Assembly: GCA_028875075.1 (NCBI GenBank)
Contig: JAPPGF010000009.1
Coordinates: 86,492-150,491, forward strand
Direction of reading: 5' to 3'
From: Gemmatimonadota bacterium
Lineage (GTDB): Bacteria; Gemmatimonadota; Gemmatimonadetes; Longimicrobiales; Gaopeijiaceae
DNA length: 64,000 nucleotides
This document shows, one piece after another, positions 36,293 to 45,597 of the stretch (position 1 is its first letter; each line of letters starts with the position of its first letter). The notes beneath the pieces were generated by a model. It saw only the letters and a list, made by a program, of their open reading frames with translations, did not search any database and was not told the origin of the DNA. A program made the position numbers and the translations under genes.

Positions 36293-37354
36293 ATGCTCCG
36301 CAAGTCACCGACTGAAGCCGGCGCGGTGTCAGAGGCGGCGACCGGGCGGCCCGGGGCCGGCGATCCGGCTGGCGCGATCACGGACGTCCCGGGCGTCCGT
36401 GTCGGACATTTCACCCACCCGGGCGGCGCGACCGGCTGCACGGTCGTGATCGCCGACGGGGGAGCGGTCGGGGGCGTGGACGTCCGGGGCGGCGCCCCCG
36501 GCACCGCCGAGACCGATCTGCTCGACCCGGTCAACACCGTGGAGGAGGTGAACGCGGTGGTGCTGTCGGGTGGGAGCGCTTTCGGCCTCGCCACCCGTGA
36601 CGGCGTCGTCCGCTACCTGGAGGAGCGGGGCGAGGGCTACCACACCGGAGGCGGTGCGGTCGTCCCGATCGTGCCGGGGGTGGTCGTATTCGACCTGCAT
36701 CTCGCGGGCGACGCGCGGCCGGACCCCGACTCCGGTTACCGAGCCGCCAGCGCCGCTAGCGACGGCGCAGTCGCCGAGGGGAGCGTGGGCGCGGGCGCAG
36801 GCGCCACGGTCGGGAAGATGCTCGGCGGAGTCGGTGCGATGAAGGGCGGCGTGGGCACCGCCTCGCTCGCCCGGGACAACGGGCTCGTCGTGGGCGCAAT
36901 CGTGGTGGTCAACGCCGTCGGCGACGTGATCGACCCGGCCACGGGTCGAGTCGTGGCGGGAACCCGGGGCAGGGGGGACGAGCTGCTGGACGCCCGCCGC
37001 ATCGTGCGCGGCTCGGCGCCGATCCCCCGGCCGGCCGGGCCGCCTCCGCAGGGGCCCGGCGAGAACACCACGATCGGCGTCGTCGCGACCAATGCCCGCC
37101 TCACCAAGGCCCAGGCCGCGAAGGTCGCACAGATGGCGCACGACGGGCTCGCCCGGGCGATCGTGCCCGCCCACACGCCCCATGACGGCGACACCATCTT
37201 CTCGCTTGCCACCGGGACTCTCGCGGCCGACGTCATGGTCGGCGAGGTCGGCGCGCTCGCGGCCGAAGCCGTGGCGGACGCGATCGTCCGGGCGGTGCGC
37301 GAGGCGGAAGGCCTGCCCTCGGTCCCGGCTGCGCGGGATCTCCCCGGCCCGTGA
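36293..37354 (+). CDS. DmpA/S58 (P1) family aminopeptidase
   Basis: ITDVPGVRVGH, GCTVVI, DVRGGAPGT.ETDLL, VVLSGGSAFGL, NTTIGVVATNARL, PHDGDTIFSLATG. ATG 36293 is preceded by AGGAGAG. Confidence 0.85.
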   Translation: MLRKSPTEAGAVSEAATGRPGAGDPAGAITDVPGVRVGHFTHPGGATGCTVVIADGGAVGGVDVRGGAPGTAETDLLDPVNTVEEVNAVVLSGGSAFGLATRDGVVRYLEERGEGYHTGGGAVVPIVPGVVVFDLHLAGDARPDPDSGYRAASAASDGAVAEGSVGAGAGATVGKMLGGVGAMKGGVGTASLARDNGLVVGAIVVVNAVGDVIDPATGRVVAGTRGRGDELLDARRIVRGSAPIPRPAGPPPQGPGENTTIGVVATNARLTKAQAAKVAQMAHDGLARAIVPAHTPHDGDTIFSLATGTLAADVMVGEVGALAAEAVADAIVRAVREAEGLPSVPAARDLPGP

Positions 37355-37446
37355 GCGGAGCGCGGGTGCGACGAGCCACGTTCCGGCGTGGCGCTTGCCT
37401 CGTCGGTGGGCCCCGGCCCGGCCGGGCCGGGGAACCGCCGGCGCGC

Positions 37447-40185
37447 CTAGAACTCGTGCCGCACGCGCAACATCGTGAACCTCCCCAGGGGCGCCGCGCC
37501 GACGAACTCCGTGTGGTTGCTGTCGAGCAGGTTGTTGGCGCTCAGCGACAACGTCGTGCCCGGCTGGAAGGGAAGCCGGTAGCTCACCGACGCGTCGACG
37601 ACGTGGTAGCCGTCGATCTCTCCGATGTAGACACCCGAGTTGACCGGGAATCCTGCCGTCATGCGTACGCGGCCCTGCGCCGAGAACCCGCTCGCCTGGT
37701 CGGCGTACGTGAGCCCAACGGATCCGTTGTGGCTCGCCGCGTTCAGAGCGACATCCTCGACGTCGTTGCAGTCGTCGTCAGTGCTGTTGAAGCACTCCGC
37801 GCTCTTCCACGAGAAGTTGCCGCTGAGGCTGAGCTGGTCGGAGAGAAGCACCTCGAGGGCCAGGTCGGCCCCCGAGTACCACACGTCCCCGAAGTTCCGG
37901 TAGGTCAACAGAAGGTCGTGGGAGCCCGACTGGTCCGTGGACATGGTGCCCAGCGGAAGACTGCCGATCAGGCCGACAGCCGTCGCGACCGGGCCCTCGA
38001 TCAGCGCCTGGGAGAGCAAACCGGCTTGAATGAGCGGGGCCAGCCGGGCCAGGACGTAGGAGCGGACCGACGCCGGATCGAAGAAGACGTTCGGGGTCTC
38101 GACCCGTAGCGAGCCCACGAAGTTCTCAATGCGCGTCCGGTAGACGTCGACGGCCAGCAGCACCCGGTCCTGTATCAGCCCCTTGTAGCCCACCTCGAAG
38201 CTGTTGTGGATGGTGGGCAGGAGGTCGGGAACGTCCACGACGCCCGGGCCGCCCAGCGTGACGAACGGATCCGCGGATCCCGCGCCCGCGGCGGCGACGT
38301 CGAAGCGGCGGAAGACGGTGCCCAGCGGGGGGTCGCCCGCCGTCGGGGTCTTGAGCAGGGCCACCAGCTGGGGGAGCAGGGGAGCCAGCTCGGGCGGAAG
38401 CTGGGGCGCGAGCTGCGGAAGCAGCGTCTCGACGATCGGATCCCAGAACAGGGCCGCGTTGGCGGGAAGCCTCTGGCCCGGCATCAGCGGCGAATACATG
38501 CAGCGGGTCTCGACTCCGCCCGGGCACTGGTTGCCGAAGGAGTAGCCGCCCGACGGCACGCCCTGCGAGCGGATGCCGTAGCTGATGCCCGGAAGGATGG
38601 GGATCTCCGCAGCCAGGATGTCCAGGAACAGGTTGTTGGTGGAGGGCGTCGAGAAGGCCCTGTTGTAGGTGAAGCGGAAGTTCTGCCCTTCCGAGGGGCG
38701 AAGCACCAGCGCGACGCGGGGGGAGATGGTGGTCTTGCTGAGGCGGCTGTGATCGTCCACGCGCAGCGCGGCCACCAGATCGGCCATGCCTGACAGCGCG
38801 GTCTCGGAGTGCAGGTAGGCGCCCAGTTCCCTGGAGTTGTCGTCGTCTTCGTTCCTGCCCAGCACCGTGCCGTCCGTGCGCGGGTTCGTGCTGATGAGGT
38901 CGACTCCGTAGGTGAAGCTCTGCCACTCCCCCAGGTCGAAGCCGTGCTGTACCTGGGCGGACATCACGTACGACTTGTCCACGATGTCCTGGCCGGTGCG
39001 CAGCAGGTACGTGTCGCCCGCGTCGCTGGTGTTGTAGAAGGCCTGGGCGAAGAACCTGTCCTTGGACAGGCGGGCCTGGACGTAGGGGTAATTCCACTTC
39101 TTGGCCTGCGCGGCTCCGATGCCGGTCAGCCTGATGGCGTTGTTCATCTGGCTCACGCCGCCGTTCAGCACGAAGGCGGCTCCGCCCTCGCCCCGGATGT
39201 CGGCGCGGACGTCGAACGCGTAGCGCTCGTAGGCGTAGTCACGGGCGGCGATCTTGGGGTTCGCGTTGGGCACTGCGGCGGCCGCGACTTCGATCGGATC
39301 CCGGTACTCGAATTCATCCCCCCGCATGTACTGCCCCGAAACCTTGAGCCCGAACTGCTCCGAGAACGCGTGGGCGGAGCGGAACTGGCCGGTGAAGATC
39401 GAGCGCTCGCCGGCCGCCACCGAAACGCTGGTTCCGGGCCGGTCGATGGGCGACGCGGTGATGATGTGCATCACGCCTGAGGCGGCGTTGGGACCGTAAA
39501 GCGCGGAGCCCGGGCCGAGCGAGACCTCGATGCGCTCGATGTCCAGGTCGGTCGTGGAGATCAGGTCGAAGGAGTTGAAGCGCTGGTAGGGGATGCGCGC
39601 GTAGCGATTGTCGACGATCGTCAGCAGGGTCCCCGAAAAGACGTTGTTGAAGCCGCGCGAGACGACGCTCTTGCCCGTCAGGCTGGTCTGGAAGATGTCC
39701 AGCCCGGGCTGCACCTGAACGTGGTCCGCGAGCGTCGTCGCGATCGCACGCTGGATCTCGGGCGAGGAGACCGAGGAGACCGAAGCCGGCGCGTCGAGCG
39801 CCTTTTCCTGGCGACGCGACGCCGTCACCACGATCGGGTTGAGGATCAGGGCCCGCGACCGGATCGGGATGTCCACGGCGGTGGTCGAACCGGCGTCCAC
39901 GGAGATTCCGTCCCGGCGGGTGGTCTCGTAGCCGATCAGGGTCACGATCACCGAGTAGGTCCCGGGCGGAACCCCTGTGGAGAACTCGCCGTCGGCCCCG
40001 GTTACGCCCAGCATCCGCCCGACGACCTCGATCGTGGCGTCCGAGACCGGTGTCCCTTCCTCCGCGTCGGTGACCCGCGCGGAGAGGGTCCCCTGCTGCG
40101 CGGCGACGGGGCCGCTCGACAGGATGCCCAGCGCGACGAACATCCAGGGGAGGCACTGCTTCCACCGCGTGCTGACCTCGTTCAT
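37447..40185 (-). CDS. TonB-dependent receptor with CarboxypepD_reg-like N-terminal domain (no STN signalling domain)
   Basis: GTLSARVTDAEEGTPVSDATIEVVG...GTYSVIVTLIGYET. Plug region IVVTASRRQEKALDAPASVSSV...IERIEVSLGPGSALYGPNAASGVMHIIT. Terminal ...VRHEF. ATG 40185 is preceded by AAGGAGAG. Confidence 0.85.
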   Translation of the reverse strand: MNEVSTRWKQCLPWMFVALGILSSGPVAAQQGTLSARVTDAEEGTPVSDATIEVVGRMLGVTGADGEFSTGVPPGTYSVIVTLIGYETTRRDGISVDAGSTTAVDIPIRSRALILNPIVVTASRRQEKALDAPASVSSVSSPEIQRAIATTLADHVQVQPGLDIFQTSLTGKSVVSRGFNNVFSGTLLTIVDNRYARIPYQRFNSFDLISTTDLDIERIEVSLGPGSALYGPNAASGVMHIITASPIDRPGTSVSVAAGERSIFTGQFRSAHAFSEQFGLKVSGQYMRGDEFEYRDPIEVAAAAVPNANPKIAARDYAYERYAFDVRADIRGEGGAAFVLNGGVSQMNNAIRLTGIGAAQAKKWNYPYVQARLSKDRFFAQAFYNTSDAGDTYLLRTGQDIVDKSYVMSAQVQHGFDLGEWQSFTYGVDLISTNPRTDGTVLGRNEDDDNSRELGAYLHSETALSGMADLVAALRVDDHSRLSKTTISPRVALVLRPSEGQNFRFTYNRAFSTPSTNNLFLDILAAEIPILPGISYGIRSQGVPSGGYSFGNQCPGGVETRCMYSPLMPGQRLPANAALFWDPIVETLLPQLAPQLPPELAPLLPQLVALLKTPTAGDPPLGTVFRRFDVAAAGAGSADPFVTLGGPGVVDVPDLLPTIHNSFEVGYKGLIQDRVLLAVDVYRTRIENFVGSLRVETPNVFFDPASVRSYVLARLAPLIQAGLLSQALIEGPVATAVGLIGSLPLGTMSTDQSGSHDLLLTYRNFGDVWYSGADLALEVLLSDQLSLSGNFSWKSAECFNSTDDDCNDVEDVALNAASHNGSVGLTYADQASGFSAQGRVRMTAGFPVNSGVYIGEIDGYHVVDASVSYRLPFQPGTTLSLSANNLLDSNHTEFVGAAPLGRFTMLRVRHEF

Positions 40186-40425
40186 CGGAACTCTCCTTTG
40201 GATGCGAACGTCATTGGCGACCGCAAGACCCGTATTGTGGTTGCCGTGACCGGAATTGTCGCCACGTCGAGCGAATTCGTCGCACGCATGACCTCTGTCC
40301 GTTACTCGCGCGAACGACCGGAAACGACAGAGTCCCGGACCGCTCGCCGTCGGCACGCCGCGAGCCCGGCCGGGGTCGAGACCCGCGCCGGCGGACGGCA
40401 GGCGCCGCCGTCTCATGCCCGGACG

Positions 40426-41355
40426 TCAGAGCCCGTACCTCAGGCTGAACGCGGCTCCGAACGCCGACAGGTCGGCGGCGGCCAGCCGGTAGACTATCGC
40501 TTCACCTCGCCCGACGCTCGATTCGTGGCTCCGGAGCTGTATGTACTCGTCCTCGTCCCCGAACTCGGCCAGCATGGTCCACCGGAGCTTGATCCCGAGG
40601 GTCACGGACTCACCCAACCGGCGGTCCACACCGGCCAGGGCCTGATAGCCGAAGACCACGTCCGACTTGCGGCCCGCGGCGATCGAAGTCGTGCCGGCGA
40701 TCCGCGCCTTCATGGCGGAATCGTCGAACGTGGCGATCAGGTCCGGATCGTCGTTGCGCTTCCACCGGTTGAAGTAGTCCAGCGAGACGGCGGCCAGTCC
40801 GGCGCCCAGCCCCAGATAGGGCGAGTAGTTCGAGCCGGGCGAGAGGTCGACGTAGGCATTGGCGAAGAAGTGGTGGCCGATCAGGCCGTCGATCCGGCTG
40901 TCGACCGCCTCGAGCTCCTGGTCTGCCTTCGCCAGCGTGACGACGTCGCCGATCCGGACCGGCGTGCCCTCGCCGTACGTCGCGGTCCGGTGCAGGTACT
41001 CGCCCTCGAAGCGCAGCGACCGCCAGCCGTAGCCGAAGGCCAGGGCGGCCGACACGCCCGTACCTCCCGCGACCTCGTTCTCCCACATCGCGGGCGGAGG
41101 CTGCACCGAGCACGTGTTGTCCGTCTCGATCCGCCCCGGATTGCTGATGAGGTCGCACTTCGTGCTCCAGTCGTTGTCCTGGGCGGCCAGGGCCGCCTCG
41201 GGAACGAGGGACGGTCCCAGGTCCATAGCGACATACCAGCGGCCTTGCCCCGTCACTGAACCCGGGAAGGCGAGGCAGAGGGAGAAAGCCAACGGCAGGG
41301 CGGCCGGAACTCCGCAACGTCGCAGCCCTCCGGCGGTCTCGCGGGTCCCGATCAT
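40426..41355 (-). CDS. Outer-membrane beta-barrel protein (OmpA-barrel/porin-like)
   Basis: Signal peptide ...LAFSLCLAFPGSVTG|Q. Alternating-strand pattern with aromatic girdles (FGYGWRSLRFEGEYLH, FFANAYVDL, VFGYQALAGVD). ATG 41355 is preceded by GGGGGAGGA. Confidence 0.65.
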   Translation of the reverse strand: MIGTRETAGGLRRCGVPAALPLAFSLCLAFPGSVTGQGRWYVAMDLGPSLVPEAALAAQDNDWSTKCDLISNPGRIETDNTCSVQPPPAMWENEVAGGTGVSAALAFGYGWRSLRFEGEYLHRTATYGEGTPVRIGDVVTLAKADQELEAVDSRIDGLIGHHFFANAYVDLSPGSNYSPYLGLGAGLAAVSLDYFNRWKRNDDPDLIATFDDSAMKARIAGTTSIAAGRKSDVVFGYQALAGVDRRLGESVTLGIKLRWTMLAEFGDEDEYIQLRSHESSVGRGEAIVYRLAAADLSAFGAAFSLRYGL

Positions 41356-41705
41356 CGAGGATCCTCCCCCAGGCTGAGGTCTCCGGGCTTCGGTGATCTC
41401 CGTTCCGGCGGACAATGTACGGCCGCGAGGCTTCGCGTGCCCACTTCGTGACGGGTGTTGCCCGTGTTGTGACACAGCGGTGTGTCCGTACACCATTCCG
41501 CCCGCCGGGGCGAGGCCGGTCGATTCGCCGACAGGGGAGCGCTAGGAACGCTCGACGGCGGCGGTCGCGAGCCACGTGTCCCGCCCGACACGGGACCCGG
41601 TCCGGATCTCGGGAACCCCGCGTCATCGGCGTGCGGACTCCCGCGGCCGACGACTCTCGTGCGGCGGTTCGCGTCCGCGGCCGCTCAGGGGTCGCGGACG
41701 CCGCG

Positions 41706-43151
41706 TCATGCCGCGCCGGACCCGCCACCCCCCTTCGGGACGGACACGACGCATGTTCCAGCGATCTTGTCGTGCCACGACTCCCGTTCGGGCTCCTTGA
41801 GGATCCAGAAGAAGCCGAGACCCAGCGCGACGGCCGAGAGGATGCTCGCGAGGCCACGGACCACGGCATCGCTGAACGCGAGCGGCAGCCCGTCGGTGCG
41901 GACGACCTGCAGCTTGGCGACGACACCGCCCACGGTCGTTCCCTTCCAAGTCCAGAGCGCGACGTGGTAGGCGATCAGCAGAGCGACGAACCACCGGCCC
42001 TCGTCCAGGTCCATGAAACCGAAGATCAGCCCGACCAGCAGGACGTCCAGAAGGAAGGCCCCGGTGCGGGCGAGGAACGTGGCCCTGGGCGATGAAGCCA
42101 AGTCGCCGAGTGGCGGGGCCTGTGAGGCCGAGGGAGGCGGATCCTCGGGCGGCGGGCTCAGCGGGGAAGCCTCCACGGGCGCCTCCGACATGGGTGCGGT
42201 CTCGACCGGCCCCGAAGCCGGCACGGGCGCCGGTTGTTCCTTGCGGAGCCCGGCCGCGACGGCGACCGCGGAGGCGCCGAGCGCCAGCACTCCCAGGCTG
42301 GCGAGGGACACCGCACCGAGCACGGGGACCATCATGGGCAGGCAGATGAGCGCGAACCCGAGCAGGAGCGCGAGCGCCTGGTGGCCTCGGCCGTCCGCGT
42401 CCGTCGAACGGAGGGCCGCGCCGCCGACCCAGCGCGAGACCGCGACGCCTCCCATGACGGCCGCGACCACAAGCGCGGCCCACAGGAAGGGAACGACGGC
42501 CAGTCCCACCACCGAGACGGCGAGCAGGACCGATGCCGGTCCGGCGAGCACCACGACGAGGAGTCCGATGAGGAACGTCGTCAGCGGCTTGCGCTCGAGA
42601 ACCTGGATGCAGGACCGGACGGGGTTCTCGAAGACGAGGTTGACGCCCAGGAACACGGCCAGCAGCACCGCGACGGCGGCCCATATCCACGGCAGGTCGG
42701 GCACGATCGGCCTTCCCATGAGCACGCCACGGGTCAGGAAGGGAATCAGGCCCTGGATCGAGGGGCCGACCGTGACGAGCTCGCCCCCGGGCGTGAAGCC
42801 GGGCGGGGTGTCGACCCCGCCACCTACGACGACCATGTCACCGTCGACCTCCGCGCCCGGGGCCACCGCCACGCTCCCCCCGACGACCACGAAGTCGCCG
42901 TCGACGCTCCCCGTTCCGGCGAGTTCCGCCGAGCCGCCGATCACGACGGCGTCGCCCTCCACCTGCCCGCGTATCGTGGCCGAGCCGCCGACGATCACCA
43001 GCTCCTCCACGCTCTGCCCCGCCGGCAGCGTGTAGTGCGAGCCGAACTCGAACACCTCCGGAGGCGAGTCGCCGGGCGAGTCCGGCTCCTGCGCGAGAGC
43101 GCCGCCGGCCGTGAGGAGAATGCCTGCCACGAGCGTTCCGAAGCGTATCAT
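41706..43151 (-). CDS. Membrane protein: periplasmic Gly-rich beta-helix-like repeats + multi-TM core + Pro-rich linker + C-terminal RDD domain
   Basis: Signal MIRFGTLVAGILLTAGGALA|Q. Repeats LVIVGGSATIRGQVEGD / AVVIGGSAELAGTGSVDGD / FVVVGGSVAVAPGAEVDGD / MVVVGGGVD. About 6 TM helices. RDD-like FLARTGAFLLDVLLVGLIFG...YHVALWTWKGTTVGGVVAKLQVVRTDG...SWHDKIAGT. The ATG overlaps the upstream stop (ATGA, 43148-43151). Confidence 0.7.
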   Translation of the reverse strand: MIRFGTLVAGILLTAGGALAQEPDSPGDSPPEVFEFGSHYTLPAGQSVEELVIVGGSATIRGQVEGDAVVIGGSAELAGTGSVDGDFVVVGGSVAVAPGAEVDGDMVVVGGGVDTPPGFTPGGELVTVGPSIQGLIPFLTRGVLMGRPIVPDLPWIWAAVAVLLAVFLGVNLVFENPVRSCIQVLERKPLTTFLIGLLVVVLAGPASVLLAVSVVGLAVVPFLWAALVVAAVMGGVAVSRWVGGAALRSTDADGRGHQALALLLGFALICLPMMVPVLGAVSLASLGVLALGASAVAVAAGLRKEQPAPVPASGPVETAPMSEAPVEASPLSPPPEDPPPSASQAPPLGDLASSPRATFLARTGAFLLDVLLVGLIFGFMDLDEGRWFVALLIAYHVALWTWKGTTVGGVVAKLQVVRTDGLPLAFSDAVVRGLASILSAVALGLGFFWILKEPERESWHDKIAGTCVVSVPKGGGGSGAA

Positions 43152-43594
43152 GATCGCGAGAATCCTCCGAGTGTGAGTGCCTGTTTGAGGGCGATGACGA
43201 GCGCGGCGGCTGCCGTGCCCGTGACGAGCGCGAACGCGACCACGTAGACGGCGAGCGGCTCGATGAGCGCATGGCGGAGCGCGTCGACTGCAGTGACGAG
43301 CGCGCCCGCGCCCCCGCCCACGGACGCTCCGATGTTCCGGACGAGTCCGGGGGCCGCGCTCCAGAGCCCCGCGCTGCCCGCGAGCGGCCAGCCGACCAGC
43401 GCGCCCGCGGCGAGCGCCAGGGAGGCGGCCCGGAGCGCGAGCGGCCAGTCCCGCCACGTGCGCCGATACCATGGCCGCGCGAGGTGCTCCTCGACGGCCG
43501 CCCGGACGCGCGGCCAAAGGGTCGGAGGCGCCAGAGGCTCGGGTAGCGAGCGCAGCCTCCGCCCGATCAGCTCTTCGAGGTCGTCAGCGTGCAT
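43148..43594 (-). CDS. Putative membrane anti-sigma factor (no zinc-finger HxxxCxxC motif)
   Basis: Positioned immediately after the ECF sigma gene, overlapping it by 11 nt. ATG 43594 is preceded by GGAGGG (GTG 43600 also in frame). It has a short cytoplasmic N-part followed by hydrophobic segments. Confidence 0.55.
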   Translation of the reverse strand: MHADDLEELIGRRLRSLPEPLAPPTLWPRVRAAVEEHLARPWYRRTWRDWPLALRAASLALAAGALVGWPLAGSAGLWSAAPGLVRNIGASVGGGAGALVTAVDALRHALIEPLAVYVVAFALVTGTAAAALVIALKQALTLGGFSRS

Positions 43595-44099
43595 CGCCAC
43601 CCTCCAGCCGATCCTTCAGCGCCTTCCTGCCCCTGTGCATGTCGGTCTTCACCTTGCCGAGCGAGACGCCCAGAACGGACGCGATCTCCTGGTAGCTTCG
43701 CCCCTCGAAGTGAAAGAGGACGAGCGGAACCCTCTGGTGGTCGGGGAGTGCCCGAAGGGCGACCTCGAGGTCCGTGTGCCGGTCCGTGGCCGCGTCTTCC
43801 GCGGGGATCCTGTCGGCGAAATCCGTTCCCCCATCGTCGGTCTCCATCTCGCTGAAGAGGCGCCAGCGTCTCCGGAAGCGGGTCAGGTGGTTGAGGCAGA
43901 GGTTCGTCGTCACCGTTCTCAGCCATCCGCCGACGGCCGGGTCGTCGCCGATCGCGTCGAATCGCTCTAACGCCCGCAGGAAAACGGTCTGGGCGACGTC
44001 CTCCGCGTCCGACCGGCTGCCGAGCAGGCGGAACGCCGTGGCGTAGACGCGGTGCTCGTGCTTCCTGACGAACGTCTCAAACCGGGAGACGTCGGTCAC
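43584..44099 (-). CDS. ECF (group 4) sigma-70 family RNA polymerase sigma factor
   Basis: Region 2 AEDVAQTVFLRALERF...WLRTVTTNLCLNHLT. Region 4 ALRALPDHQRVPLVLFHFEGRSYQEIASVLGVSLGKVKTDMHRGRKALK. GTG start. Confidence 0.9.
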   Translation of the reverse strand: MTDVSRFETFVRKHEHRVYATAFRLLGSRSDAEDVAQTVFLRALERFDAIGDDPAVGGWLRTVTTNLCLNHLTRFRRRWRLFSEMETDDGGTDFADRIPAEDAATDRHTDLEVALRALPDHQRVPLVLFHFEGRSYQEIASVLGVSLGKVKTDMHRGRKALKDRLEGGDAR

Positions 44100-44331
44100 A
44101 ATCCGGAGGTCGTCTGCCCGATGTCATCACCCATCCCAACACAGTCGGGCCAGGAAAGGTTTCAGCGGCCGCGCAGGGCAAGCGCGGTTCCGGGCGGTGC
44201 CCGGGGAGGCGTTTCGGAGGCGGAACGAGGAGCCGGAACCGGACCCCTGGCCCGAAGACGGCGGGTCATTGCCGCGCTCGCCGCACCGGCCACTGATGGC
44301 CCGCTGCAGTCGAGCGGCTGCAGCCCGGCGG

Positions 44332-45237
44332 CTATCTGTCCGCGTTTCGCTCGAGAAACGGCCGGATCGCCGCGACGCATCCCTCCGGGTCCTCCAACTG
44401 GAGCAGGTGCGTCGAATCCGGAATGAAGTCGTAGTCCACCGTCGTCAGGTCGCTGAGGTCGAACGCCGGGAGGTAGGAGTAGGGCGCGGTCGGGTCGGCT
44501 CCGATCACCTTGATCGGGCCCGACACCTCTGAGAAATCCACCAGCGGTGAGAAGCTCCGAACGTAGTCCATGATCTGGGCTTCGAATTCGCGTGGACAGC
44601 GAAGCTCGAAGCCCTGACCGTCGTCGCGCTCGCGGAGCGTCGTGCGCGCCATCAGTTCACGAATGCCCGGAACGACGCGAGAGAACGTCGGCATGTAGCG
44701 CAGCAGTTCCGCATAGTCCTCTCTGCGCTCGAATCGGTCGGCGCGGTTGCGGGTCGTGGCGGCGTTACGCATGGCGGCTGCGTCGAACTCCATCTGATCG
44801 TTGCCAGGCTTGCAGACCGGCGGATCGAACAGGACGCGCGCCCGCAGACGTGTCTCTCGCGAGAAGAGCGTGATCAGGGCCGAAAGGGAGTGGAATATGC
44901 CGATCGTCGTTTTAGGACCGTAGTGGAGGGAAATGGCTTCAAGAACCTTGTCGTGGTCGCGAATCATCACGGGGATATTGTGTTGATCACGAACCCCGAC
45001 TTCATTCCAGCCATGGTTCCGGAGGTCGTAGAGCACCAGGTCAAAGTCATCGGCGAGCAGCGACCAGAACGGATAGTAGAGGTCGATCGCGAAGCCGTTG
45101 GCGTGACTCAGTACGAGGCGGGGAGCGGATGGATTGCCGTAACGGCGTACCGGTATAACGGTCCGGTCGTCAAGCCGGACGTGACAGACTGAAATCGGGT
45201 CGGGGACAGTCCAGTGCCGGACGGCGGGATCTGTCAA
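44332..45237 (-). CDS. Alpha/beta-fold hydrolase
   Basis: LVLSHANGF (oxyanion region) and nucleophile elbow IGIFHSLSAL. The only start candidate is TTG 45237. Confidence 0.7.
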   Translation of the reverse strand: MTDPAVRHWTVPDPISVCHVRLDDRTVIPVRRYGNPSAPRLVLSHANGFAIDLYYPFWSLLADDFDLVLYDLRNHGWNEVGVRDQHNIPVMIRDHDKVLEAISLHYGPKTTIGIFHSLSALITLFSRETRLRARVLFDPPVCKPGNDQMEFDAAAMRNAATTRNRADRFERREDYAELLRYMPTFSRVVPGIRELMARTTLRERDDGQGFELRCPREFEAQIMDYVRSFSPLVDFSEVSGPIKVIGADPTAPYSYLPAFDLSDLTTVDYDFIPDSTHLLQLEDPEGCVAAIRPFLERNADR

Positions 45238-45597
45238 TGAGCGTGCACCGTGGTCTGCGGTCGGGCCAGTGGGATCTCTCGTCTACGTGCCTCGCGAGAT
45301 CTCGCAGGGTCGTGAAGCGTGCGAAGTCTTCCAGTCGATCGGAACTCCGGACGTCCCGGCAACCCGCTCGACGAAGGCGACGGCGCCCACGGACGACACG
45401 CCGGCGGTTGAGCAGCGTACCGACGACGTTGGCGTTGAGAAACCCCGCAAGCTTGACGAAGCCATCGCGCCCGAAAGCCCGGTGTTGATCTCGGGTTACG
45501 AGGAAATCGCTATCGAACGGATGACCGCCCGCGGGCTTGCCGCCCGAGAGCCCGCGCGGGCGTCGCGAGGGTGACTAGACGGACGGCGCGCTTGGTG

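Noticed and set aside
44186-44191. GGAACC (minus strand) about 90 nt upstream of the ECF sigma gene, as an autoregulated ECF -35 box
   Set aside because: The sequence 16-18 nt downstream (CCGCTGAAA) does not give a convincing CGTC- or TCTGA-type -10. The pentamer alone is expected by chance in GC-rich DNA.
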